Positions 44,707-53,445 of a stretch of DNA of 64,000 nucleotides are shown here, piece after piece (positions within the stretch are counted from its first letter, which is position 1; every line of letters starts with the position of its first letter). Location of the stretch: the sequence record PP892525.1. The stretch is one strand, 5' to 3'. Made by a program: the position numbers and the translations under genes. A model generated the notes under the pieces. It had not been told where the DNA came from. It ran no database searches and worked only from the letters and a program-made list of their open reading frames with translations. The stretch comes from Escherichia phage vB_EcoS_I14.

Positions 44707-44874
44707 ATGTTTAAACTGTTAGTAGTTATCTGGTATAGTCAATCAAATAGAGCGAATACCTCCCACGTTATAGACTTTAATACTAAAAATGAAGCTGAAA
44801 AAGCATACGCTAATTTAATAGAACGTAATAAAGAATCTCGTAGTATAGTTTATGAAGTGACTAAACTTTATTAA
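44707..44874 (+). CDS. hypothetical small protein (55 aa)
   Basis: ATG at 44707 after RBS AAGGA; the longer ORF-track start 44680 would overlap the tRNA. Confidence 0.4.
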   Translation: MFKLLVVIWYSQSNRANTSHVIDFNTKNEAEKAYANLIERNKESRSIVYEVTKLY

Positions 44875-44882
44875 AAATTCAT

Positions 44883-44911
44883 TTGCCTTCTCTCTTATTT
44901 CTTGTTATAAT
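44883..44911 (+). promoter_or_regulatory. T5-type promoter: -35 TTGCCT, -10 TATAAT
   Basis: 17 bp spacer. Confidence 0.65.
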
Positions 44912-44941
44912 ATTTATATAAATTAATGAGAGGGAAACCAA

Positions 44942-45235
44942 ATGAAACGTTATATTTCTGTTATGTTCCAAACTGGTGGTCAACGCTATACATATGAATT
45001 TCCATCTTCTTGGAAAATCAAAGAAGGTGATCAAGTAGTTGTACTAACACCTCGTGATGGGTACAAGGTAGTAACGGTTAAGCAAGTCTTCCCAAAAGAT
45101 TATACGCCATCTAAGTCTATTAATTATAAAATGATTCATGGTGTAGTTCGTCAAGTACCACGAGCGGAAGTCGAAATCAAAGTAGATAAAGATGGTAAAC
45201 TTAAATATACCTCTTGCTTAGAAGAGTTGCTATAA
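44942..45235 (+). CDS. hypothetical protein (97 aa)
   Basis: RBS GAGAGGGAAA. Confidence 0.5.
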   Translation: MKRYISVMFQTGGQRYTYEFPSSWKIKEGDQVVVLTPRDGYKVVTVKQVFPKDYTPSKSINYKMIHGVVRQVPRAEVEIKVDKDGKLKYTSCLEELL

Positions 45236-45441
45236 TGAGGATTACTTTTACAGAAAAGATCATGAGTAATGGTGTTATGATCATTACTGCATGGGATGGT
45301 AATCAGTGGTGTAGTGTCTCAGGTATTAAGCCTGAAGAACAAACACTAGATAATATCTCAAAGATTAAGCGAAGAATGACAGAACGTGCACGACTTCCAG
45401 GTGCACCTAGAAATGGCAAACGTTCTGCTGCAAAATGTTAA
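45235..45441 (+). CDS. hypothetical protein (68 aa)
   Basis: ATG at 45235 overlapping previous stop. Confidence 0.45.
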   Translation: MRITFTEKIMSNGVMIITAWDGNQWCSVSGIKPEEQTLDNISKIKRRMTERARLPGAPRNGKRSAAKC

Positions 45442-45442
45442 T

Positions 45443-45519
45443 GCTTCGGTAGCTTAGCGATCTAAAGCACTCGGCTGATAACCGAGAGATCGGGGGTTTA
45501 AATCCCTCCCGGAGTACCA
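45443..45519 (+). tRNA. tRNA-Ile (anticodon GAT), non-canonical T loop
   Basis: anticodon stem CTCGG/CCGAG with loop CTGATAA, D stem GCTT/AAGC, T arm GGGGG-TTTAAAT-CCCTC, CCA. Confidence 0.75.
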
Positions 45520-45615
45520 AATTTAGGAATTAAGACTATGCGTCCAGGAAAGTTTAAAAAAGCTAATTGGTCTAAAGAGTATAAAGAATACTTACTTAGT
45601 CTAGTAAAACATAAT

Positions 45616-45691
45616 AGTTAGTTGGCAGAGTGGTTATGCACCTCCTTCATACGGAGCGACTACAGTGGTTCAAATCCACTACTAACTACCA
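45616..45691 (+). tRNA. tRNA with anticodon CAT (Met, fMet or Ile-lysidine)
   Basis: perfect acceptor AGTTAGT/ACTAACT, anticodon loop TTCATAC, T arm AGTGG-TTCAAAT-CCACT, CCA. Confidence 0.7.
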
Positions 45692-45728
45692 TTAAAAGAG
45701 CTAGAGATAGCTAACTTTAGGAGCAGCT

Positions 45729-45923
45729 ATGTTAACAATTAAAATAATGTCAGCCAAGAATGGGGAACAGATTCATACAGGCAAAAGTGTAAGCTTTAAT
45801 CCTAGAAATAAAAGACTGGCTATAGTTGGAGTAGACCAAGCCATCTTTTTAAAAGAAGATGAAGTAGCATATGTCATGAACCAAACTGGTAAGACAGTTT
45901 CCGTATACTATGGAAAAGTATAA
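45729..45923 (+). CDS. hypothetical protein (64 aa)
   Basis: RBS TAGGAG. Confidence 0.5.
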   Translation: MLTIKIMSAKNGEQIHTGKSVSFNPRNKRLAIVGVDQAIFLKEDEVAYVMNQTGKTVSVYYGKV

Positions 45924-45965
45924 AGAATAAATAGCTGAGCCAAATTCTAACATCGGGGAGATCTA

Positions 45966-46334
45966 ATGAAAGCATATCAAAACCTTAAATCTGGCGTAAT
46001 TAATATTGTTCATAATAATCAGATCATTCAGCTATACTCCGACAACGGTGAACTTAAACAGAAAGTTCTAGTTGAAGATCTAGAAGGTATCACACCACAA
46101 TTCGATCCTGAAGCCTTCCGTGAAGTTAAGGTGGAAGTCGCCCCTCAAATCGAAGGTGGTCAGCACCTAAATGTCAATGTGTTAAGCCGTGATCAGCTTT
46201 TGGATGCGCAGAAACACCCTGAAAAATATCCTCAGTTGACCATCCGTGTCTCTGGCTACGCTGTTCGATTTAATGCACTGACTCGTGAACAACAGAACGA
46301 CGTTATTAGTCGTACATTTACTCAGGCGATGTAA
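45966..46334 (+). CDS. grcA: GrcA/YfiD-like autonomous glycyl radical cofactor
   Basis: [11 protein letters not shown] and [21 protein letters not shown] match the glycyl-radical C-terminal module of GrcA/PflB as recalled. Confidence 0.8.
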   Translation: MKAYQNLKSGVINIVHNNQIIQLYSDNGELKQKVLVEDLEGITPQFDPEAFREVKVEVAPQIEGGQHLNVNVLSRDQLLDAQKHPEKYPQLTIRVSGYAVRFNALTREQQNDVISRTFTQAM

Positions 46335-46415
46335 TGGGGTTTGGATACGATTTCTCCCAGCTACGCAAGGTAGTCGAGCAAACTCCGTTTATCTCCCAAG
46401 TTTTAGGAGAAATGT

Positions 46416-46721
46416 GTGGATCGAGCATTAAGACGTCATCACAGGCAACGTGTAAAGAACAACCGCAAGAAGTACTGGACAGTCTTTCCACATGAAGAAA
46501 GCCCTAAGCGGTTAGGTATTATCACTACTACTCCTTGCATCTGTTCTTGTTGGATGTGTGGGAACCCTCGCAAGTACTATAAGAATAGTAAAGCAGGCAT
46601 GAAAACCTCGGAGATCAGGAAAATGGAAGCGATGATTGCGGGCATCACCTATACTGGTGGTATTTCAAATGATGAATTTGATGGCTTTGTGTCGTTCGAA
46701 GATGAACGCCCCGATCTGTAA
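46416..46721 (+). CDS. hypothetical Cys-rich basic protein (101 aa)
   Basis: CICSCWMCG cluster. Confidence 0.45.
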   Translation: MDRALRRHHRQRVKNNRKKYWTVFPHEESPKRLGIITTTPCICSCWMCGNPRKYYKNSKAGMKTSEIRKMEAMIAGITYTGGISNDEFDGFVSFEDERPDL

Positions 46722-46730
46722 TTAATAACA

Positions 46731-46768
46731 AACCCCAGCTATTGAATAAGTAGTCTGGGGTTTTTCTG
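46731..46768 (+). terminator. rho-independent terminator
   Basis: stem AACCCCAG/CTGGGGTT followed by TTTCTG. Confidence 0.7.
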
Positions 46769-46842
46769 TATAAAGGTACATAATATATGTATAATAAAAT
46801 TCATCCACATTAGGTTAATTTAAAAGACTTAATGGAGGTAAT

Positions 46843-47190
46843 ATGAGCCGTACTTATCGTAAACAATCTGGTGATCAGTGGTGGAAGTCTAAAGAACACT
46901 TCTCTCAAGAATATTCTTTCTTCAAAGAAAATGGCTACTGGATTCGTGTTATTTATCCCAAATCCTGGGACGACATCAAAAAAGAAATGAAGGAAGCAAC
47001 CATTCGTAATGAGAAAAAGGATGGTTATAACTGGAATTCCATTAGTAAGAATGTTAAGTGGCACTCTAATAAAATGGTTCGTCAAGGGAATCGTCAAGAA
47101 CTTCACCGCGTGATGAAAGATCCAGAAAATTACGACTATAATCGCGATCATGACATGCGTAAGCGTGGGTTATGGTGGTGCTATGACTAA
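46843..47190 (+). CDS. hypothetical protein (115 aa)
   Basis: RBS GGAGG. Confidence 0.5.
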   Translation: MSRTYRKQSGDQWWKSKEHFSQEYSFFKENGYWIRVIYPKSWDDIKKEMKEATIRNEKKDGYNWNSISKNVKWHSNKMVRQGNRQELHRVMKDPENYDYNRDHDMRKRGLWWCYD

Positions 47191-47207
47191 ATTCTGAAAT
47201 AATTCAT

Positions 47208-47236
47208 TTGCTAAACCTCTCTTTTCTTGCTATAAT
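47208..47236 (+). promoter_or_regulatory. T5-type promoter: -35 TTGCTA, -10 TATAAT
   Basis: 17 bp spacer. Confidence 0.7.
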
Positions 47237-47266
47237 ATGTTTATAAATTGATGAGAGAGGTTTGAA

Positions 47267-47548
47267 ATGAAAACTCGTCTAGACTGTGCTGTTCATGTTC
47301 TTGAGCATGATGTTGCTGGAACCTGTATGTCTTACCACGAAGCAGGTCGTTTAATTAAAGAACGTGTGGCAGATGTGTGTGGATTGAAGATTACTGCTGA
47401 GGAAGCTGATGATCTTTTAGGTCAAGCACTGGAGAAAACTGAAATGTTCCTCTGCGATTCTTGTTCTTGGTGGGGTGAAGCTCACGAACGTTCTTTCAAC
47501 GATTATGATGTATGTCGTGATTGTAGTGGGGAGGATGAAGATGAATAA
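47267..47548 (+). CDS. hypothetical Cys/His-rich protein (93 aa)
   Basis: CAVHVLEHD...C...CDSCSWW...CRDCSG. Confidence 0.5.
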   Translation: MKTRLDCAVHVLEHDVAGTCMSYHEAGRLIKERVADVCGLKITAEEADDLLGQALEKTEMFLCDSCSWWGEAHERSFNDYDVCRDCSGEDEDE

Positions 47549-47840
47549 GTTTATTATTGCACTGATGATCTCCGCAGTTAGTTTCGGTTCTCTGGCGTCT
47601 ACCAAAGTTTCTATGAAAAATGGTAATGTTAAAGTTCAACAGAACGGCATTATTACCGAGTATGGTAAAGTTCGTGATGTTAAGGAACGTAATGGTAAAG
47701 TAGAAATATATACTAATAAAAACTTCTCTACTCCAGCCGTTACTATTAGCAAACGCGGTGAAATAACCACTCAACGTACTAATAGCTCCAGTTCTTTTAC
47801 TTGTCGTTATGATTGCGACTTTGAAGGTGAAGATGAATAA
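47541..47840 (+). CDS. hypothetical secreted protein (99 aa)
   Basis: ATG at 47541 with RBS GGGAGGATG; signal peptide MNKFIIALMISAVSFGSLAS. Confidence 0.5.
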   Translation: MNKFIIALMISAVSFGSLASTKVSMKNGNVKVQQNGIITEYGKVRDVKERNGKVEIYTNKNFSTPAVTISKRGEITTQRTNSSSSFTCRYDCDFEGEDE

Positions 47841-48228
47841 TTTAGACCCTAGAATTAAATTTGCAATTACAGAAATCCAAGATCAAATTGATGAGGACTT
47901 CACCGTTTGGTCAAGGTCTGGTAATGGAGAATATTGCCAGCTTTATAGCATGAAAATGGGTATCTCAATTGAGCTTAATATCAACTCTGAAGGTAGAGTA
48001 GAAGCCCAACCCATGTTCAGTGTTCCAGGCTTCTCTGGATTTGTTGCAGGTATAAAATTGTGTCTACCAAATAACCATCTTCATCGAGTTATTTGTCAGC
48101 TAGAGACTATTAAGCATTTCTTGCCAGAAGATAACATTAATGACTACTACCACGAAGTTGTAGCAGCTCATATGATGAAAGAATCTAAACGTCGGAGAGA
48201 AGAACGTGAAAAGACTAAACATCAATAG
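47833..48228 (+). CDS. hypothetical protein (131 aa)
   Basis: ATG at 47833 with RBS GAAGGTGAAG. Confidence 0.45.
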   Translation: MNNLDPRIKFAITEIQDQIDEDFTVWSRSGNGEYCQLYSMKMGISIELNINSEGRVEAQPMFSVPGFSGFVAGIKLCLPNNHLHRVICQLETIKHFLPEDNINDYYHEVVAAHMMKESKRRREEREKTKHQ

Positions 48229-48502
48229 CACGGTGCAGATTCCAGCAACTAAGGATGTTTTAACATTCCTACGAAGTGAAAACGCTCAGTTTTGGCATGA
48301 TCATGTTGTAAAGAACGGTAGTACTCCAGATGTAGTTGCCTTTGCCAAAAAACGTATCGAGGAGTATAAAGATCCAGAGATTAAAGATGGTACGATAACT
48401 ATGCAGTTATGGGTAGCCATGCAAACCTTTGGCCCCACAATGCGTTTAGGAAATATCCCATTATTTACAAATATTTTAATTAATGAAAAGGATCTGAAAT
48501 GA
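48206..48502 (+). CDS. hypothetical protein (98 aa)
   Basis: ORF. Confidence 0.45.
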   Translation: MKRLNINSTVQIPATKDVLTFLRSENAQFWHDHVVKNGSTPDVVAFAKKRIEEYKDPEIKDGTITMQLWVAMQTFGPTMRLGNIPLFTNILINEKDLK

Positions 48503-48783
48503 TTATCTCTCCATTTGCTCTTTGGTTCGTCATTGGATCTATAGTAGCTATTTACAGCTTGGTTGATGATCTGTATATTTCTAAGAATAAAGATGTAATA
48601 TTATACGTTATACATAAAACTCGACCGTTAGATCTGCCTCCTCTTGATGATAAAACATTACTCAGATGTGCTAGATCTATGATATTTATTGTAGATATTC
48701 TTCTAGGCCCAACATCTGTGTTTTTCTTTTATAGAAAGACTCGTAATATGAAAAAATTTAAAGCTGAAATGCAGAATACCTAA
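48499..48783 (+). CDS. hypothetical membrane protein (94 aa)
   Basis: N-terminal hydrophobic helix. Confidence 0.45.
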   Translation: MIISPFALWFVIGSIVAIYSLVDDLYISKNKDVILYVIHKTRPLDLPPLDDKTLLRCARSMIFIVDILLGPTSVFFFYRKTRNMKKFKAEMQNT

Positions 48784-48893
48784 AGAACTCGCGTAGGACC
48801 GAGTTGCGTCACCTGCAACTGTTACGGATAAGGGAGTCGTGCCCCTTAGTGCGGTAAGTGGTGAGGTGGCTGCTAGCCCTAACTGGAGATAAT

Positions 48894-49238
48894 ATGACTA
48901 CATTACTAATTCTTGTTACAACTTGGTTTTTAATCGGTGCTGGATATGCGATAGCTATTATTAGACATCTGGACGAATATTCTGCTGAATGGTTTGTTAA
49001 GTATCTACGTATTGATGATCAAGAACAGAAGTTTAAAGATGAAAAGCAGAAAAAAGCAGTAAATAATATGACAGCCAAAGAATGCTTGTTCTACATGCGT
49101 ATTGTAGGGTTCTTTGGACTATTAGTTGCTGGCCCAATTGGTTCTACCATTGCCCCATATAAAGAAACAGTTGCTGACATCAAATTGTGGAGAAATGCAG
49201 GGGTACTACGCAAAGCTAGAGAAACTAATATTACATAA
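48894..49238 (+). CDS. hypothetical membrane protein (114 aa)
   Basis: ATG at 48894 with RBS GGAG; two hydrophobic helices. Confidence 0.45.
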   Translation: MTTLLILVTTWFLIGAGYAIAIIRHLDEYSAEWFVKYLRIDDQEQKFKDEKQKKAVNNMTAKECLFYMRIVGFFGLLVAGPIGSTIAPYKETVADIKLWRNAGVLRKARETNIT

Positions 49239-49282
49239 GATTGATACTAAATCAACTTACTAGCAAAAGCAAATAATGACAA

Positions 49283-49318
49283 AGCCCAGCCTGCACTTTT
49301 GCGACTGGGCTATTTTTA
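49283..49318 (+). terminator. rho-independent terminator
   Basis: stem AGCCCAG/CTGGGCT followed by ATTTTTAT. Confidence 0.65.
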
Positions 49319-49333
49319 TAATAAAATTTTAGT

Positions 49334-49361
49334 TGCTTAGATGCCCAAATTTTTGTATAAT
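49334..49361 (+). promoter_or_regulatory. T5-type promoter: -35 TTGCTT, -10 TATAAT
   Basis: 16 bp spacer. Confidence 0.6.
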
Positions 49362-49392
49362 ATGTTTATAGATTGAGGCAAGAGGATTAAAT

Positions 49393-50091
49393 ATGAGGAT
49401 CATTTCTAAATTCGCCGATGTATATGATTTGCAGAACAGTTTATTTGATGCAGATCGTGTTTGGGAGCGTAAAACTGAAGAGCTACTGGTTAAAGTAACC
49501 GATGATGCAGAAAAGAACATTGTGCATACTCGCCAGGTATTTCGTGATGGCTCACTATCCTTTCGTGGTGATTTCGAATATTTTGTAAACCCACTATTTG
49601 TTGCAGGTGAAGTTTACTGGTTGCACGAGCTGTACTGCTGGCATCCAGCATTTAGCTTCAAAACGTTTAATCTCGACACTATGTTCGATAAAATGGAAGA
49701 GATGGGATTACATGCTCGCTCTTACTTAATGGATAAGAGTCGCGGAGATGTTCGTGAAACAATGCGTGATTTGCTCGCTGAAGCAAAACCTAAAGCAGAA
49801 CGTATCTTATCCGAACTGCGTGTACCGATTGCATATGTGAAAGGTATTAAGAAGAACGATAACGATGATGTTCGTAACTTCGTGATTCAGACTAATATTC
49901 GTTTCCATCAGTCAGGTATTCCGTGGCAGGAAATTGAAAGTAACTTATACCGTTTACACCAAGTTCTCGAACAGTATATCTTCGGTGTACTAGGAACTGG
50001 TGAGCCTGATATGATTAAAGTATCAGATAAAGACAGGTTAGCAGCGCATGGATTTGATACAAAAACTTCTTTCAGGAATATGGCACGGTAA
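49393..50091 (+). CDS. hypothetical protein (232 aa)
   Basis: RBS AAGAGGA. Confidence 0.55.
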   Translation: MRIISKFADVYDLQNSLFDADRVWERKTEELLVKVTDDAEKNIVHTRQVFRDGSLSFRGDFEYFVNPLFVAGEVYWLHELYCWHPAFSFKTFNLDTMFDKMEEMGLHARSYLMDKSRGDVRETMRDLLAEAKPKAERILSELRVPIAYVKGIKKNDNDDVRNFVIQTNIRFHQSGIPWQEIESNLYRLHQVLEQYIFGVLGTGEPDMIKVSDKDRLAAHGFDTKTSFRNMAR

Positions 50092-50497
50092 GTGGTATAT
50101 CCTGGGAGCAGGTCTAGCGATAGGCATCGGGTTCGGTGCGTATCACTTAGTAAATAAAGTGGAGACTTTAGCGGGAGATCTTGCGGTAGCTACTAAAAAG
50201 ATTTCCTCTCTAGAGACTTCCCTTAATAAGGTGAAAGCTGAAAGTGAACTTCGTGAGACTAGAATGAATCAGTATTTCACAGTGAATAATATTTCGCAAG
50301 CAGATCTAGACAAAAAGATTAAGCAGTTAGATAAAGCTCTTAGTCGACAAGATATTATAGCTGCAAAGCCTGGATTGGTAACATTAATTGCTAAAAAGCA
50401 GAGTAAAGAGTTCGAGGAAAGATTAGCGTGTTTAACTGGAAACTTGGAATACTGCTCGCAGCCGCAATCACAATCACAGGCTGTGCAGAAGAAATAA
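50048..50497 (+). CDS. type II membrane protein with coiled coil (i-spanin-like candidate)
   Basis: N-terminal TM WYILGAGLAIGIGFGAYHLV followed by heptad-rich periplasmic segment; overlaps both neighbours. Confidence 0.4.
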   Translation: MDLIQKLLSGIWHGKWYILGAGLAIGIGFGAYHLVNKVETLAGDLAVATKKISSLETSLNKVKAESELRETRMNQYFTVNNISQADLDKKIKQLDKALSRQDIIAAKPGLVTLIAKKQSKEFEERLACLTGNLEYCSQPQSQSQAVQKK

Positions 50498-50781
50498 AAC
50501 CAGAGCCATCTCATGAGTTAAAGCAAGCTCATGTAGACTGGCCTAAAGGACTTCAACCTTGTAGCTTTGACTTTAAGTTTGAAAAGAAATTAGCTACAAA
50601 TGGAGAAGATGGCGTAGTAGTTGTTGTACCATACAAAGATTGGAATGCAAAAGCAAAATGTGAGGAAGCAGTTTACTCTTACATTTCACGACTGACTGGT
50701 ATGGTTTGCTTCTATCGCCAAGATTTACAAGAAAAACGTTGCTTAGTTTACTATCCACCAATTAACAATAGGAAAGATTAA
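50428..50781 (+). CDS. lipoprotein (o-spanin-like candidate), GTG start
   Basis: signal peptide with lipobox ITGC; starts inside the previous ORF in another frame. Confidence 0.45.
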   Translation: MFNWKLGILLAAAITITGCAEEIKPEPSHELKQAHVDWPKGLQPCSFDFKFEKKLATNGEDGVVVVVPYKDWNAKAKCEEAVYSYISRLTGMVCFYRQDLQEKRCLVYYPPINNRKD

Positions 50782-51533
50782 TGTCAGTATTAGTCGGTTT
50801 ACATGGTGAAGCTGGTTCGGGAAAAGATACCGTTGCAAAATTAATTATCGATTGGTGTAATGACACGTATCCAACATGTTTATCACGTCGTTATAGTTTT
50901 GCTAAGCCCGTTTATGAACTTGCATCCGTAATCCTCGGTGTAACTCCGGAGTTTCTAGGAGAGCGCAGGGGAAAAGAGATTGACCAATGGTTTACTGTCA
51001 CACAATCTCAATTGGAGCGAGCCAGAGATGTGTGGTTTAAGTACGGTATCGATAAGTTTGAAGACTTCTCGTACATTTGGCCTATTTTTGAGGAAAAGTA
51101 TCTTAATCCTCAACAACTTATCTCAGAGAATAAAGAAGACGGACTTTATAGTTTATTTATTTCTCCGAGAAAAATGTTACAGCTCGTAGGGACAGAGCTA
51201 GGAAGGCAGCTGGTGCATGAACGCATTTGGCTCATAATTCTGGAGCAATCCATCGCTAAAGACGACCCAGATGTCGCCGTAATAACAGATGTTAGATTCC
51301 CCAATGAAGGAGAGTTACTCAGAGAAACAAACCATTTAGATATGGATTCTTTGATAGTAAATGTAGTACCCGCTGAGCAGAAGTTCACTATTAAATCAGA
51401 TCATCCATCTGAAAGTGGTATTCCTGCAAAATATATTACGCACGAATTAGTTAATAAATTCGATGGTATCAATAACCTTAAACTAGAAGTTTATAACTTC
51501 TGTGACTTAGAGCTAGAACCACTAGTTGGATAA
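50781..51533 (+). CDS. deoxynucleoside monophosphate kinase-like P-loop protein
   Basis: GLHGEAGSGKDT P-loop near N-terminus. Confidence 0.6.
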   Translation: MSVLVGLHGEAGSGKDTVAKLIIDWCNDTYPTCLSRRYSFAKPVYELASVILGVTPEFLGERRGKEIDQWFTVTQSQLERARDVWFKYGIDKFEDFSYIWPIFEEKYLNPQQLISENKEDGLYSLFISPRKMLQLVGTELGRQLVHERIWLIILEQSIAKDDPDVAVITDVRFPNEGELLRETNHLDMDSLIVNVVPAEQKFTIKSDHPSESGIPAKYITHELVNKFDGINNLKLEVYNFCDLELEPLVG

Positions 51534-51545
51534 TCAAGGATCGCT

Positions 51546-52145
51546 ATGACTAATAAAAAAGAAGAAAAGACTAACCTGTTTCACTCCATTCGCCAATCTA
51601 ATGAGTATACCTTTTTCTTTGATGAAGAATTAGGTCCACCTGATGAATACCGTGATTTATCAATGGTACTTATGCAGGCAAATGAGGACGACGAAATTAA
51701 TCTGATGATTAATGGCCCGGGTGGTTATGTTGATACTGCTGCACAGTTATCTAACTTAATTGCTAATTGCCGTGGAACAGTTATAGGACATCTGGTTGGT
51801 CCTAGTGCTTCTGCTTACTGCACAATTTTTCTATCCTGTCATGGATGGGTAGTACACCCACATGCTACGCTAATGGGCCACACGTTCTCTGGTGGGTTCT
51901 GTGAGAAAGGTCAGGAAATCAAGAAAGCCTATGAATCTTACAACAAGTTTGTAGAAGATATGATGCTAGATGTCTACTATCCCTTTTTCTCAATAGATGA
52001 AATCGACGAGATGGTAAAAGACAACAAAAATATCTATCTAGATAGCAAGGAAATCCATAAGCGTATTGAAATCTTGGCGAAATATCGATCTGAGCAATAT
52101 AATAAAGCCCAGTTACCTCAATCCGAGGAGCACAACGAAGAGTAA
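51546..52145 (+). CDS. ClpP-like serine protease fold protein
   Basis: LMINGPGGYVDTA resembles the ClpP INSPGG segment. Confidence 0.45.
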   Translation: MTNKKEEKTNLFHSIRQSNEYTFFFDEELGPPDEYRDLSMVLMQANEDDEINLMINGPGGYVDTAAQLSNLIANCRGTVIGHLVGPSASAYCTIFLSCHGWVVHPHATLMGHTFSGGFCEKGQEIKKAYESYNKFVEDMMLDVYYPFFSIDEIDEMVKDNKNIYLDSKEIHKRIEILAKYRSEQYNKAQLPQSEEHNEE

Positions 52146-52153
52146 GTAATTTT

Positions 52154-52186
52154 AAGCCAGGGTTTAACGACCCTGGCTTTTCTTTT
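52154..52186 (+). terminator. rho-independent terminator
   Basis: stem GCCAGGG/CCCTGGC followed by TTTTCTTTTAT. Confidence 0.7.
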
Positions 52187-52247
52187 ATCTAAAATTCTTC
52201 TTGACAACGACAAAATTTTGTGCTCCAAAGAAAATCTTTAAAAACAC

Positions 52248-52276
52248 ATTGTAATTTTCCTCCAAAATTAGTATAA
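52248..52276 (+). promoter_or_regulatory. promoter: -35 TTGTAA, -10 TATAAT (also TTGACA at 52200)
   Basis: 17 bp spacer; RBS GAGGAGG before 52302. Confidence 0.5.
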
Positions 52277-52301
52277 TGGTACTGGTTAGAGGAGGTTACA
52301 A

Positions 52302-52958
52302 TTGGAAAAGTTCTTACAATTATTAACGGTACTGCTCCAAGAAGCGAAAGATCCAGCATCGCTTCTTAAACGTCTGCTAACTATCTTAGTTGCTGTCATT
52401 ATTTTCTTATTTGTTAGTAATACTAGCGAGGTGATGTCATTCTTAAAGACTTTCTCCACGTCTGCGGTTCTACAGGATGTTCAAACTCAAAGGATAGATA
52501 ACTTTCCTAATGTAGCTAGAGAAAAGAGCATGGTACTCTTTTCTCAAACGGGTGCGGATGCTGTTTTTGTAGTCAAGTATAAACCCGATGCCATTAATGA
52601 TTATTCTAACATTATTGCATGGGAAAGCAATGCGCAATTAGATAGGGCTGACTTGGCCGATAAAGCAGTAAATAAAACGTCTGAGCTATACAGACGTCAC
52701 TTAGAGGGCTTTAACTACGCATCGGATTTAAGTGTAAGAGTAAATAAATATACGGGGTTAAATATACCTGCGTTTAAGAACGTTACTTTTAATTACATAT
52801 ACACTTGTCCATATTTCAATCTAAACAATATCTATGCTGGATATATTGGTATTGCTTGGAAAGATAATCCTGTAGATGCAGCCGATTCTGAGAAATTTAA
52901 GGAATATTTAACAAAGCTCTGTTCTCCACAACAGAGATCTTTAGGTAGATCAATATGA
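52302..52958 (+). CDS. membrane protein upstream of the endolysin (putative holin)
   Basis: single N-terminal TM LLTILVAVIIFLFV; start overlaps endolysin by 4 nt. Confidence 0.45.
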   Translation: MEKFLQLLTVLLQEAKDPASLLKRLLTILVAVIIFLFVSNTSEVMSFLKTFSTSAVLQDVQTQRIDNFPNVAREKSMVLFSQTGADAVFVVKYKPDAINDYSNIIAWESNAQLDRADLADKAVNKTSELYRRHLEGFNYASDLSVRVNKYTGLNIPAFKNVTFNYIYTCPYFNLNNIYAGYIGIAWKDNPVDAADSEKFKEYLTKLCSPQQRSLGRSI

Positions 52959-53368
52959 GTTTTAAATTTGGTAAAAATAGCGAAAAACAATTAGCTACCG
53001 TTAAGCCAGAGCTACAAAAAGTAGCTCGTAGAGCTTTAGAATTATCTCCATATGATTTCACGATCGTACAGGGTATTCGTACAGTAGCACAAAGTGCCCA
53101 GAATATTGCTAATGGTACTTCATTTTTAAAAGATCCTAGTAAAAGCAAGCATATTACTGGGGATGCTCTTGATTTTGCTCCATACATTAATGGCAAGATT
53201 GATTGGAATGACTTAGAAGCATTTTGGGCAGTTAAAAAGGCTTTTGAACAAGCAGGTAAAGAACTAGGCATTAAACTTCGTTTTGGTGCTGATTGGAATG
53301 CTTCGGGAGATTATCACGATGAAATAAAACGTGGTACCTATGATGGCGGTCATGTCGAACTAGTTTAA
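52955..53368 (+). CDS. endolysin, L-alanyl-D-glutamate peptidase (zinc peptidase M15-like)
   Basis: 137 aa; metal-ligand pattern KHITGDALDF ... GGHVEL. Confidence 0.75.
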   Translation: MSFKFGKNSEKQLATVKPELQKVARRALELSPYDFTIVQGIRTVAQSAQNIANGTSFLKDPSKSKHITGDALDFAPYINGKIDWNDLEAFWAVKKAFEQAGKELGIKLRFGADWNASGDYHDEIKRGTYDGGHVELV

Positions 53369-53378
53369 TTAATAACTG

Positions 53379-53404
53379 AGGCGGGAATATTCCCGCCTTT
53401 TTAG
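53379..53404 (+). terminator. rho-independent terminator after the endolysin
   Basis: stem GGCGGGAA/TTCCCGCC followed by TTTTTT. Confidence 0.75.
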
Positions 53405-53445
53405 GCAAAGGGGGCTTTAATAATTTTTGAAGATAGGAGAAAGCC

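Noticed and set aside
50980-51388. ORFs 50980..51189(+) and 51146..51388(-) inside the dNMP kinase gene
   Set aside because: Internal or antisense to the P-loop ORF.
52897-53271. 124 aa minus-strand ORF across the endolysin
   Set aside because: Antisense to the well-supported endolysin ORF.
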